Source of the DNA: Calditrichia bacterium
GTDB taxonomy: Bacteria; Calditrichota; Calditrichia; JAJRVZ01
DNA length: 64,000 nt
Assembly (NCBI GenBank): GCA_963796965.1
Contig: CAWCNS010000004.1
Span: 1 to 64,000 of the forward strand
Direction: 5' to 3'
Part shown: positions 31,362-43,442 of the stretch, piece by piece
How the letters are laid out: each line of letters starts with the position of its first letter
Numbering within the stretch: position 1 is the first letter of the stretch
The notes under the pieces: generated by a model
What the model saw: the letters and a program-made list of their open reading frames with translations, nothing else
The model's database searches: none
Told to the model about the DNA's origin: nothing
Position numbers and translations under genes: made by a program

Positions 31362-31539
31362 CATGAGTATAAAAACAATAAGCATTACGTCCACTGACAT
31401 GGTAGGTGAGGGCGTATTTGTAGGTCGTCAAAACCGTTCTGGAATTTTGTTTAAATTATTAAGAGACACTTTTGTTAAAACAAATATATGTTAGAAACTT
31501 CCCCAAGAATTAATTGCAATATTGTTCTAAATTCATTCT

Positions 31540-31830
31540 TTAGTTCCAGGAAGTGTTCGTTATAATGGACAGGAGCACGATTGTCCCATAAAGAAGACCT
31601 GGGATGAGCTAAAACCAGAAGGAGTATCGTTCCAACCACGGGATATCCAAGCTTTTTCAACCAGAGACTACCAAAAATGATGCTAATAAGCACAGCTAAA
31701 ATAGCGATCCATATTCCGATATTGAATGAAGACACCGATCCATCGATCAGTCCAATAAAAAAGAAACCGACGACGATGGTACAAATCAAAATATTAATGA
31801 TCAAGAATATCCAAAATAATCATTGACCAT
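31540..31830 (-). CDS. Small membrane protein (frameshifted)
   Basis: FFFIGLIDGSVSSFNIGIW motif and three hydrophobic segments. Boundaries were reconstructed across frameshifts. Confidence 0.6.
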
Positions 31831-31945
31831 TTTTATTATTATTCTTTAAAAAACTGTTTGAAATTGACTATTTTTTAATATACTTTCCATATACTTCTTA
31901 AAATCTCCCTCTTTGTGATGTATCAAAATATAAAGGCTAATTATT

Positions 31946-34286
31946 TTGATCGGTAAAATTATTTCACATTATAAAATTATAGAAAAATTAGGCGCTGGGG
32001 GTATGGGCGTAGTTTATAAAGCGCAGGACACCAAACTCGATCGTTTGGTAGCGTTAAAATTTCTGCCCCCCCATCTCAGCCAGGACGAAGAAGTAAAAAG
32101 CCGTTTTATCCATGAGGCGAAAGCGGCCTCTGCCCTGGATCATCCAAATATTTGCAGCATCTATGAAATCAACGATACCGACCAGGGACAAATGTTCATT
32201 GCCATGGCCTGTTACGATGGGAAATCCCTGAAAGACAAGATTAAAGATCAAAGATTAACGATTAAAGAAGTGATTGATTATGCCATTCAGATCGCCCGCG
32301 GCCTGGAAAAAGCCCATGCTAAAAAGATCATACACCGGGACATAAAGCCTGCCAATATTCTGATTACGGAAGACGGTGTAGTCAAGATCGTGGATTTTGG
32401 TCTGGCTAAACTGGCCGGCCGGACTATGTTGACCAAAGAGGGAAGCACCCTGGGTACGGTAGGTTACATGTCACCGGAACAGACGCAGGGTACAGACATT
32501 GATCAATGCACGGATGTCTGGGCATTAGGTGTCATAATATATGAAATGCTCACGGGTAAACAACCGTTTGCAGGAGATTATGAACAGGCGATAGTCTATT
32601 CCATTTTAAATGAGGAGCCGGTACCTATCACCGAACTGCGTTCGGATGTATCCTCATCCCTGGAGCAAATCGTGAACCGGGCCCTTGAGAAGGATCCGCA
32701 AAAACGGTACCAGAGCATTCAGGAGCTGCTGGAAGATTTAGAGTCTTTGTCAGCGGGAATTGTGCCGGAAGAGATTCAGGCCCGGATGAGAAAAGCAAAA
32801 CTGCGCAAGAGAAAGGCGACCATTCTTTTTGCGGTTGCAGCCGGTTTGATCATCGCCGCTGTAGTGGTACTGATTCTGTTCACCAGAGGTTCTGAGACCA
32901 TTGATTCCATTGCGGTTCTGCCTCTTAAAAACCTCACGGGTGATGCTGAAGAGGAGTATTTTGTGGATGGTATGACCGATGAACTCATCGGTGCAGCTGG
33001 GCCAGATTAGCGGCCTGAAGCGGGTGATATCGCGGACATCCGTGATGCACTACAAAGACACAGACAAATCCCTGTCGGACATTGCCCGGGAATTGAATGT
33101 GGACGCCATAGTGGAGGGGACAGTGTATCAGGTGGGCGACAGTATTCGGGTCCGTTTTCAACTCATCGACGTGCTGCCCGAGGAACAAAACCTGTGGGGC
33201 GAGACGTATGAACGATCTATGCGTGATGTGATCATAATGTACAGTGAGGTGGCCCGGACCGTGGCTCGCGAGATCAGGATCGGACTGACCCGGCAGGAAA
33301 AAACGCGCCTTACTGCAACACGCCAGGTTAATCCGGAGGCTTATGAGGCCTACTTAAGGGGGATGTCTTACGCTTACAGATTAAACCCGCAGGATATTGA
33401 TGTGGGAATGCACTACTTTGAATCCGCTCTGGAGAAAGATCCGGATTTTGCGCTGGCTCATACAGGTGTTGCCAATGTCTGGTGTTTACGCCAGGTAATG
33501 GGATCGTTACCGCCAAGTGAAACAACACCCCTATTTAGAGCTGCCGCCCAAAGAGCCCTGGATCTGGATTCTACCCTGGCGGAGGTTCATTATGTCCGGG
33601 CTTTTGTCAAATGGTTTGATTGGGACTGGAAAGGCGCGGAGGAGGCATTCAAACGGGCCATTGAAATCAATCCCAACTATCCGGCTGCCCGGGCGCAGTA
33701 CTCCCAACTGTTGGCTATTCTGAAGCGTCCGGAGGAAGCGATCGTGCAGGCTCAGCAGGCCATTGAATTGGATCCTTTCAATCCTGTAATCATGGGACTT
33801 TATGGAAGCACATTTGCCATGGTAGGACGGCATGATGAGGCAATGACAATGGCTCATAAAGAGCTCAGGATATCGCCGAACAGTTCGCTAGGGCTACAAA
33901 TTCTCTGGTGGGGACACCACTATAAGGGGGAGTATGATCAGGCGTTTGAAAATGCGAAGGTGTTTTATACGGCCATGGGTTTGGCTCCGATTGTACAAAT
34001 CATTGAGCAGGGATATGAAACAGGTGGTTATTTTGAAGCCATGAAAGGTGCCGCTGAAGCCATGGCGTTAGCCGCACAAGAGCATTATATACAGCCTTAT
34101 TGGCTTGCTATCCTGTATGCCGTTGCCGGGGAAAAAGAAAAATGCCTCGACTGGTTGGAAAAAGGATATGAGACAAAAGATCCGATGCATGCCTATTTTA
34201 CAGAATTGGAGTTAAGAAGTTTTATCCATGATGAGCCTCGTTATCAGGATCTGTTACGGAAAATGGACCTGCCCAGGACGGAATGA
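31946..34286 (+). CDS. Ser/Thr protein kinase with TM segment, TolB-like domain and TPRs (frameshift near 32995)
   Basis: LGAGGMGVVYKA, HRDIKPANI, DFGLAK, YMSPEQ; SIAVLPLKNL; VISRTSVM.YK; TPR helices. Confidence 0.92.
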
Positions 34287-34300
34287 AATGGCCGGAATTA

Positions 34301-34506
34301 GATCTATAAATCTTTTGGGTGAAGAACTATAATAACTATATATCCTTCGGCCTTAGATCTATAAATCTCTTCCTCCCGGATCTAGGGATCTGTTACCTTT
34401 AGAACTATATATCTCATACCACTGGATCAATAGATCTTTTACCCCAAGAACTATATATCTTTTCCTCCTGGAATTATGGATCTTTTAATCCAGGATGTAT
34501 CTATCA
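34301..34506. repeat. Degenerate 23-bp-period tandem array 2 (46-bp higher-order repeat)
   Basis: 13-bp cores (gatctataaatct / gaactatatatct / gatcaatagatct) start at 34333, 34356, 34379, 34402, 34425, 34448, 34471 and 34494, plus 34301 and 34324. Confidence 0.85.
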
Positions 34507-34635
34507 TTTTCTTAAACAAATGAATTCCATGGCACAAGTAGTTGCCTTTTGACACACATGAATAGCTAATTTATAGAGCAAACAGTAAGCAAAGAACAGG
34601 CTAGTGGAAATATTCAAGATCTAACTTCTCCTATA

Positions 34636-34740
34636 AATTCCCAATTCCCAATTCCCAGTTCTCCCGATAAAAACCATCATCTTCCAGATGATTTATCGGG
34701 ACTAATTCATCCATGAATTAGCAAATTCCAAATACCACTC
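34636..34740. repeat. AATTCCC 7-mer tract containing the 60-nt two-hairpin element (34662-34721)
   Basis: Homologous in layout to 2163-2285. Confidence 0.85.
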
Positions 34741-34745
34741 AAAAC

Positions 34746-36869
34746 TCAATTCATTCCCAATTGGCCCAGGATAAACGAATACTCCATGGCCGTTCTATTG
34801 TAGCGGGCAAATCGACCTGAAGCCCCGCCATGTCCGGATTCCAGATCGACATCCAGAATCAGTGGATTATTATCGGTTTTCATGGCACGCAGTTTGGCTA
34901 CCCATTTGGCCGGTTCAAAATATTGTACCTGCGAATCATGCAGCCCGGTGGTCACATACATGGCCGGATATGCCTTGGCAGCAACATTATCATAGGGCGA
35001 ATAAGATAACATGTATGCATAATATACCGGGTCTGTGGGATTTCCCCATTCATCAAATTCAGCTGTTGTAAGCGGAATACTCTCGTCAAGCATGGTGGTG
35101 ACCACATCTACCCAGGGAACCGCAGCGATAATTCCTTTGAACAGATCCGGACGGGCATTGACGACGGCCCCCATTAATAACCCGCCGGCACTACCGCCTC
35201 GGGCAAATAAATAGTCAGAGCTGGTATATTTCTGGGCAACCAGGTAATCTGCACAATCAATAAAATCATTAAAGGTATTTTTCTTTTTTAATAATTTGCC
35301 ATCCTCATACCATTGGCGGCCCATTTCTGAGCCACCACGGATATGGGCAATGGCATAGATAAATCCCCGGTCAATCAGACTCAGCCGCGATGAGCGGAAA
35401 CAGGGATTCATACTGGAACCATAGGATCCATATCCATAAAGAAGTAGCGGATTTTTACCGTCTCTGACCATATCTTTTCTATACACCATTGTCACGGGTA
35501 CTTTAACACCATCCCGGGCGGTGGCCCAGACGCGTTCGCTTTTATAGTTGCTGCGGTCGAATCCACCACCAACTTCCTCTTCCTTGAGCAAACGCCATTT
35601 CTTCCTGGTCATGTTATATTCAATGACAGATTCTGGTGTGGTTAGGGATTCATAACTAAATCTAAATACATCCGTATTGAATTGATAATTATCCTGTGGA
35701 TAAGCAATGAAATTTTCTTCATCAAATGAAATATATTGCTTGGAAGAATTTTTTAGGTCAATCACACGGATCTGATTGGCTCCTGCCTTACGTTCCCTTA
35801 TTACAATGTGGTTTTTAAAGGGGGTGACACTTTCCAGCAGAATGTCGTTATCATGGGGAATTAATTCTCGCCAATGTTTTTTATCCGTTTTTCCCGGTTT
35901 GGCTTCCATCAAGCGGAAATTTTTGGCCTGCCAGTTGGTCCGGACAAGAAAACGATCGCCCTGGTCATAGATATAATATTCATGACCTTTTTCCCGTGGC
36001 TGGAATAAAACCGCTTTCTTTTCCACATTGTTTGGATCGATTAACTGGAATTCAGTAGCCAGGGTATGCTCCGACTTCAGAATGATATAATTGTCGGTTT
36101 TGGATTTTGAGATGGATAGATTAAAGGTATTATCCGATTCGTGGTAAAACTCCCGGTCTTCCCCAATTTTGGTTCCAAGATGGTGATGCCATAAACGATC
36201 CGGGCGCAGGGTGTTATCTTTTGTAACATAAAAAACGGTTTTATTGTCATTGGCCCAGACGGCGCGGCCATTGGTGTTTGGAATTTCATCGGCCAGGATT
36301 TTCCCGCTTTTCAGATCTTTGAAATAGAGTGTATATTTCCTTCGGCTGACGGTATCCACGCCAAATACCAGGTAGCGGTTGTTTTCGCTGACGCTTAATC
36401 CGGTCACCTGAAAATAATCATGACCATGGGCCATCTCCGGACCATCAATCAGGATTTCTTCCGGTGCATCCGCTTCTGCTTTCTTTCGGGCATAAATGGG
36501 ATATTCCTCACCACGGAGATAGCGGCGATAATAATAATAGCCGTTATCAAGGTACGGGACAGTCTCGTCCTCCTGCTTGATACGACCAACGATTTCGTTA
36601 TAAATAGATTTTCTGCAAATCTGTACTTGCTGCCATCAAGGCATCGCGATAGGCATTTTCTGCGAGCAGGTATTCCATTACGGCAGGATTTTCCCTTTCG
36701 TTCAGCCAGTAATAATTATCGATCCTTTCCTGACCATGTAGCACTAAGTTTTTTAGGTATTTTTTGTGCAACAGGCGGAGCGGTCTCGTTCGCTTGTTGT
36801 ACAACTACTAAATAACATCAGGGTCACACCTGCCAGGAGGGCAATAATGACGATGTTTCTCTTTTTCAT
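34746..36869 (-). CDS. ptrB: Oligopeptidase B (S9A), lipoprotein-type N-terminus (frameshifts in the 5' third)
   Basis: HGQERIDNYYWL, YGYGSYG, AHIRGGSEMG, GGSAGG nucleophile, HDSQVQYFEPAKW, SGHGG. Confidence 0.92.
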
Positions 36870-37314
36870 ACTGGATTCCTTTAAATCAATTATCAGGGGG
36901 AAGGGACTATCAGAAATAATGTAAATAATTAATAGGGAACTACAAAGAAAAATTGATATTCGCTTTTCCCTATCACACCTACGGTGGGGCATGCTAAAAA
37001 ATGATTAAGATTTTCAATTGCGAATAAATTTGTTCTCCAAAATTGAGACAAATTAATGTGGTATATTTTAAAACAACAGAGTTAACCCCGTAATACGGGG
37101 CGGGCCAGAAAAATTCACAGAATTAATTTTAGATTTCTTTGACTTAGTAGTAATAAGAAATTTTTATAATTCTGTGTTTCTCTGTGTCTTTCTGTGGTTT
37201 GAAACCTTTTGTTTAAAGAACGGCCAGAGTTCATCGCTTGCCTGGGAGGCAGGAGTATCTGAAGGATTAATATTATACACTTTAAAACGTTCAAATTACT
37301 CGGATTTTTATTGT

Positions 37315-38310
37315 TTAATACTTATGTTCATTTTCATTAAACAGTGGCACAACATTTTTCATGCTGATTTCACCTTCATTAACAGGTAATGAGATAAGTT
37401 TACCACCCGTTGGCCATGCTTCATTTGTGGATTCACCACTAATATAGCCATAAGCCAATATTATATCGCCCCTATATTTTCCCCAATAATTATTATAATG
37501 ATCATGACCACAAAAAGTCGCCCGAATATTTCCGACCTCTAAAAATGCATTATATAAGGAACCATCATCCGCTTCGTAAAAAACCTTCTCCAAACTGACA
37601 CCCTCTTTTTTAATACTCTGATCTTCCCATAGTTCTTTGTACTGGATGAGCGGAATGTGGAAAATAGAAATCGCCCCGATCGTTTTATTATATTTTTTTT
37701 TGGTCTTCTGGGAGATCTTTTTGTACCATTCAATTTGGTCTTTTTGAACAGCTTTTACGCCATCGTGAGGTCCTGTATCAAAAGCATAAACCTGCCAGCT
37801 TGGAATAGATTTTTTACCAATTTTTATATCCACAAAGTAATCGTATTTTTTGGATTCCTTAGATTTATGAAATCCGAGAACGCCCCATTGAGAAGTCTTA
37901 AATACATTATAAATATCATCATGACCAAAACCGCCTTCAGGATCGTGATTGCCAAATACATAAAACCATGGTCGTTCTAATGAATCAAAGAAATGAACAG
38001 CGTAAGCGGCAAGAAGGTTGCCATATGGTTTTTCACCGGTAAATAAATCACCCGTTATAAAGATAAAGTGAGGGTCATACATGTTAACCAATCTTTTGAT
38101 TCTATGGAAGGTATTTAAATCATCTTTCCAGTGCCCTCTGGAACCGAGATGCAGATCAGTCACCTGCAATATTAGAATAGAATGAGAATCTGATTCCTCT
38201 ATAACAATTTCAAATTGGTCTGATTCGATTCTGCGAATTAATGACTGAGCGGATACATTTGCCGTTATAACTAAAAATACAGTGGTGATACATATAATTT
38301 TTTTTAACAT
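37315..38310 (-). CDS. Secreted metallophosphoesterase (Dcr2/PAP-like)
   Basis: TDLH, TGD, FGNHD, FHIP, CGHDHYN motifs; signal peptide. Confidence 0.88.
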   Translation of the reverse strand: MLKKIICITTVFLVITANVSAQSLIRRIESDQFEIVIEESDSHSILILQVTDLHLGSRGHWKDDLNTFHRIKRLVNMYDPHFIFITGDLFTGEKPYGNLLAAYAVHFFDSLERPWFYVFGNHDPEGGFGHDDIYNVFKTSQWGVLGFHKSKESKKYDYFVDIKIGKKSIPSWQVYAFDTGPHDGVKAVQKDQIEWYKKISQKTKKKYNKTIGAISIFHIPLIQYKELWEDQSIKKEGVSLEKVFYEADDGSLYNAFLEVGNIRATFCGHDHYNNYWGKYRGDIILAYGYISGESTNEAWPTGGKLISLPVNEGEISMKNVVPLFNENEHKY

Positions 38311-38642
38311 ATGAATATCCCTGCAAGATAAAAAGTTCTCAGTACATGTTAGATAGTTGAATAATAATTTAAACAAAAAAGCCTAAAAGTATAAATTTAT
38401 TAGCCTCCTCATTTTATCATGATAAAGCTGGATTTGAAACAACATATATTTAGGTAAGAATATGAAGGTGGGATTACTGTTTATTTGTGAATCCTTTTTT
38501 TATGTCCAGAATTGACTAGAAAGTTACTACAAAAGGGTAATTATAGTTTGTTTTCGGGTTTGTAATACAATCCATGCTATCACGCCCGTTGCTGATCCGC
38601 TCGCCCCGTGGAACGGGGCATAAAACATGGCGGACAAAATGA

Positions 38643-38674
38643 AAAGGACTGAATCGAAGGAGATTCGGTCCTTT
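38643..38674. terminator. Hairpin terminator downstream of the multiheme cytochrome
   Basis: aaaaggactgaatc-gaagga-gattcggtcctttt. Related sequences at ~41558 and 53861-53890. Confidence 0.6.
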
Positions 38675-38790
38675 TCTAATTTTGCATTGACGTACCCAAA
38701 ATGTTTTATAGTCCTGCTATTGCAATTAGTTTATTCGAAATGTACCAGGAGCAGTCGGTCTTTATTAGGTGAAATGCATATAAGTACAGT

Positions 38791-41275
38791 TTATCTGAGT
38801 AGAATCATCTTTTTTACTTCTCTAAAATTTCCCGCTACCAATTGATAGTAGTAAACACCACTCGCCAGATTCTTTCCGTCGAAGGTATAGGTATGGTTTC
38901 CTTGATTTATTTTTTTAGAAACGATAGTAGATACTTCATTTCCAAGTATGTTATATACTTTCAGTTCAATAAATTCAGATTTAGGAAGACTGAATTCGAT
39001 GGTGGTGGATGGATTGAAAGGATTGGGGTAATTTTGTCCAAGAGCGAATTCCCCCGGCACTCTTTCAGTCGATCGCAAATTATTGGCAAACCTGAAATCG
39101 AGCTTATTCATTTGAGTCGAAGAAAGTGGATTGGCATAAAGCATTTGTGTACGATCCGCACCACTTTTAAGATACGTCCATTGTGTGGAATCAAAGGGTT
39201 GATCGACGGGATCTGTTGCTGAACCCGTGTAATGAACAAAATCCATTTGCAGGGCGGTCTGCCAGTCCGGTGGCACCGGAATTGCCCCGGTAGAATTTAT
39301 AATCTTTCCTTCTGTTTCGTCCCAGCGGGTAACTGTAATTTTATTGTCAGTAAAATAGCTACTCACGTGTTCATTTTGGTGGCAGTCAAGACAGTTTCTT
39401 GCTTCACGCTGGATCGAATGAGCGGTATAAGGTGCAATGGCATAAAAGGTGCTATCTGTGTATGTTAATGCCTGAAATGTTGCTGTCGTAACCTTCGCGG
39501 CTTTTTCACCATTTACCAACATAACAAAATTATGCAGCGGGGGCGGTCCATAGAATCGTTTTTGATTCTGAACTATTTCTGTTTCAAAATGACAACTGTA
39601 ACATGAGACAACTGATTGTACATGGCATGCTGCACAGTCAATTGCCTGAGTATGTAAATCATGGGAATAATTTTGAGGTAAATTTTCTAATGGGTGACAT
39701 CCATTATTAGTACAACTGACTTTAATTGCTCCAGGTTCAAGCATTGAATTATAGGACTTACCGTCACCATGAAGCTCATCCATCGTATGGCAATCGGTAC
39801 ACACCATGCCGGCGTCCCGATGTACATCACTAAAGTGGCTGGCCGTTACAGGATTGGCTGCCATATCGATTTCGGCCTTCTGACGACTATGACATCCGAG
39901 ACAGGTTTCCTGTTTCACTGGTAACCAATTATTGATATCATGACAATCATAACAATCGGGCTGGTAGCTGGCCTCATCGATAGGATCTCCATTGGCTTTG
40001 CCCGGTCCATGGCAGCCCTGACAGGCCAGGGAATCCATCGGAATTTCAGTTATAGATTCAAATCCACCGTTTTCCTTACTGTACCAGTATTCTTGTCCGC
40101 GTCTGCTGGCATGAAGGCTTGTGGCAAACTCATCTACTGTCGGCAAAATCCCATGTGGACCCGGTCCTGGTGCCAGTCGCTCACCATGACATACCTGACA
40201 ATCGGTTAGCGTACCTGACTCTCCTTGCAAAGCAATCATTTGAATGTTATCCTTCTCGACTGATGATGGATTGATTGCGTGGGGGGAACCATGACAGAGA
40301 CTACAGGCGAGATCGGCATGACCCTGTGAATCTTTAAATAGCTTTCCCGTTTCTGGTGTATATGCAGAGCTATGACAGCCTGCATCAGCACATCCAGGCT
40401 CATCAACCCAGGGTTCGCGTCCATTACGGAGACTAGTGGCTAATTGCTGCAAAGTACCATGACAGACTCTCACAATCAGGATGACTGCCGGCCATAACTC
40501 CCCGGTAGAATTGTGTTTCGGGCCCGGCATGGCAATCATAACAATCGTCAGCTAATTCGACATGCTTATCATGGATAACTTCGGAAAATGATTCCAAACC
40601 AGCTGTCCCTGATGTTCCAGCCAGATTAGAAGCATGACAGGATACGCATAATATTGGTTTATTATTTGGATCAAATCCGTCTTCCTCCTCATGTCTGTCA
40701 AGTATATCCTGTTCATTGCTATGACAACCGCTCTTGACACAACCGATTTCATTGGATACCGGTAACACGGGCTGACTCTCTGCCAGCAGATTCCCGGCTT
40801 GATCGTAGACTTTTATCAGTGCCAGTTGAAATGGATCCGGATTTTGCAGATCGTTATCAGCATAAGGACTTAACGGAATACCATCAGCAATAAAATAATT
40901 ACCTTCAAGTGACATTTCACCTTTTAGTCCCAGACCGGTCAAACTTGTATCATCGGGCAATTCTATTCCATACAATTTATCTTCATAATCCCAAAAATTT
41001 GTCTTACCGGCTGAATAACTATTACCGGGTATCTCATAGGTGACCCTAATTGCTGAAGTAACAATTTCAGGCAGAGAAATTTGACTACCCAGGCGTATCA
41101 CCTGCGCTCTTAATTTGTTATGTGGTGGATGGATAGCGAAATTCTGAAAATCTTTTTTGAATTCATGCATTCCGGTTTCATGCCAGCCGACGATTAAATA
41201 TTTTTGTGCAAACAGGGTTGTAGAAAAAAACAGAAGGACAAATATACCGGAGATTATCCGGGAAAATTTTTTCAT
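38791..41275 (-). CDS. Secreted multiheme c-type cytochrome (~15 hemes) with C-terminal sorting domain (frameshift near 40468)
   Basis: Signal peptide; 11 intact CXXCH, one more across the frameshift, and 3 CX4CH. C-terminus FALGQNYPNPFNPSTTIEFSLP...LASGVYYYQL...KKMILLR. Confidence 0.88.
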
Positions 41276-41616
41276 AATATTTCTCCATGGGGATAGTAAC
41301 GATGAATCAGTAATGTCGTAGTGCGAATATATTAAATGGTATTCATTAATGATAGTAATTATTATGTCAATTTACTGTGACATTTCGCACAGAATTGAAT
41401 TGAGAACTAGAATGAAGGGTCTGGAAATTCGCTCGCCTCATAGTAGGAAATCACTATCAATATTCGCCTGCCTGCTCGGCCTTTGAAGGGATCCGGCGCA
41501 GACGGACAATCCTTACCATCACGCTGAAAGGCGTACGGGACAAGTCGGGACAAAAAGAAAAGACCGAATCAAGGGGATTAGTACTCTATTTGGTAAAGTA
41601 GTATAAGGCGTATATG

Positions 41617-41685
41617 AAATTTGGAATTAGGAACTGGGAATTTGAAATTTCTTCAAATCTAATTCCTAATACCCAGTTCCGAATT
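41617..41685. repeat. Inverted pair of 7-mer tracts
   Basis: aatttggaattaggaactgggaatttg ... aaatctaattcctaatacccagttccgaatt. Confidence 0.7.
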
Positions 41686-41691
41686 ATAAAA

Positions 41692-42913
41692 TTACCGCAA
41701 AAGTATCATCTTCTTCACATCTCTATAGTCACCTGCGGTTATTACGTAATAGTAAACGCCACTTGCCAGATTTCTTCCGTTAAACGTGTAGGTATGTTTC
41801 CCTGTATTTAACTCCTTGGATACGATATTTGCCACTTCTTTACCGAGTACATTGAATACTTTTAATTCAATAAATTCCGACTTGGGTAGGGTGAATACGA
41901 TTGTTGTCGATGGATTAAAGGGATTGGGATAATTCTGATGGAGGCCAAATTTATCAGGTGTGGTAAAATCTTCCAGAGCCGTAAAATCCAGAACCTCTAT
42001 GACTACCTTTGCCGAATCAACGCCGCCATTGTCATCCGAAATATGATAGTAAAAGTCTGTCTGTACCAAAAAAATTTGTATTAGGGGTATAATATACCAG
42101 GCTATCGCCTTGCGTATAATTTATAACACCATGAGCAGCTTCACCCACCTGAGTTATGATTATATCATGACCATCCCCATCGCTGTCATTAAGGGTTAAG
42201 TGCATGGCAAGCGTAGAATCTCCCTGGACAACAAAATAATCATTAACGGCAACAGGTGCTTTGTTAAGTCTGAATTCCTGATAATTCACGCCGGGTTGAG
42301 AATAATTGTAGAACCCGAACCGGCCGGGGCGGAAATCACCGGAAACATCAAATACTAAAGTTGTGTCAATGCTTATCCGCACACGATTCGATTCATATAT
42401 TAACTCAAAATCATACACCACACTTCTGGCCCAGCCATAATCGCCATAATAGGTTCCAAGAACGGTTTGCGTAGTATCCATATGGTCCCAATAGGGATGA
42501 GACGTATTGGTGCCTGAGCCGACATTGACATAGCCAAGCACTTTTGACAGGGTAAATCCCTCCTGGGATCCAGACTGTGTCGCCCCCTTCCAGTCCAGCA
42601 GATAGAAATCAAAATACTCTTCGGGGCCATCAGGACGAAAATAGCCGAAAACAAAACCGATATAATCATCATCGCCGCCATCCACATAAAAGCTCCCTCT
42701 AATTGTCACATTTTCAAAGGTATCCGGACTAACAAAAAAAGTGGGTTCATCATTAGAGCTTTGACGAACGGATGCACTATCAGCGGAAATGGTCCAGGTA
42801 CCGTTGGCCAGCAATCCTTCATGCATCCAGTCAGCTAAATTGACCGGTGTTAATTGCCCATAAAGTGTGGAGATTAAATTAAATAACAGCAAAATGGAAA
42901 TTAAATATTTCAT
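41692..42913 (-). CDS. Secreted protein: thrombospondin C-terminal-like lectin domain, Ig/cadherin-like repeat and sorting domain (frameshift near 42065)
   Basis: GGAGG RBS and signal peptide; DDDYIGFVFGY, GRFGFYNYSQ; NKAPVAVND...LNDSDGDG...YTPNTNFFGTD; QNYPNPFNPSTTI...KKMILLR. Confidence 0.8.
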
Positions 42914-43442
42914 AATACCTCCTAATGGCTGCAAGATATGATTTTTAATTAGTATATGATTATTAACCACTATGTGATGATGAAAATTTCCAGCATCACC
43001 ATTCTGAAGGGTAGGTTTTCTCACGCCGCACACAAACAAATATAATTTGAAAAAAGACTTGGATTTGTGATTTATCTCTGAAAAGTTTGAATTTTTTTTA
43101 TTCATATGTTTATAATATAGAACTGATTCAGTGTAAAATTCGAGGTAAATTTTTATTTTAGTGGTAATGTCGTAGATATAAATTCATCAATTAAATTGTT
43201 AGATCATGAATGTCCGGTTTAAAAATTATAATCGCTATAATCAAAAGAACTCATCCCATAAAAATAGAACTATATGTTGTCGATAAATTGTTTAATTAAA
43301 GAATATATTAACTCTGTTCTTGGTGAATTGAGTATTACCTTGCTATGGTTAATCGCTTTGATTAGTTTGTGGTTCAAATGAACGAAACAAATATATCATT
43401 GTATCAATGAGAGAATGATTCAATAAATAAGTCGAGGTGATA

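Noticed and set aside
34301..34506. CRISPR or TIGR-type guide array
   Set aside because: Repeats are only 13 bp and degenerate, the 10-bp linkers resemble each other, and no cas or Nop-domain gene is nearby. Kept as an unexplained array.
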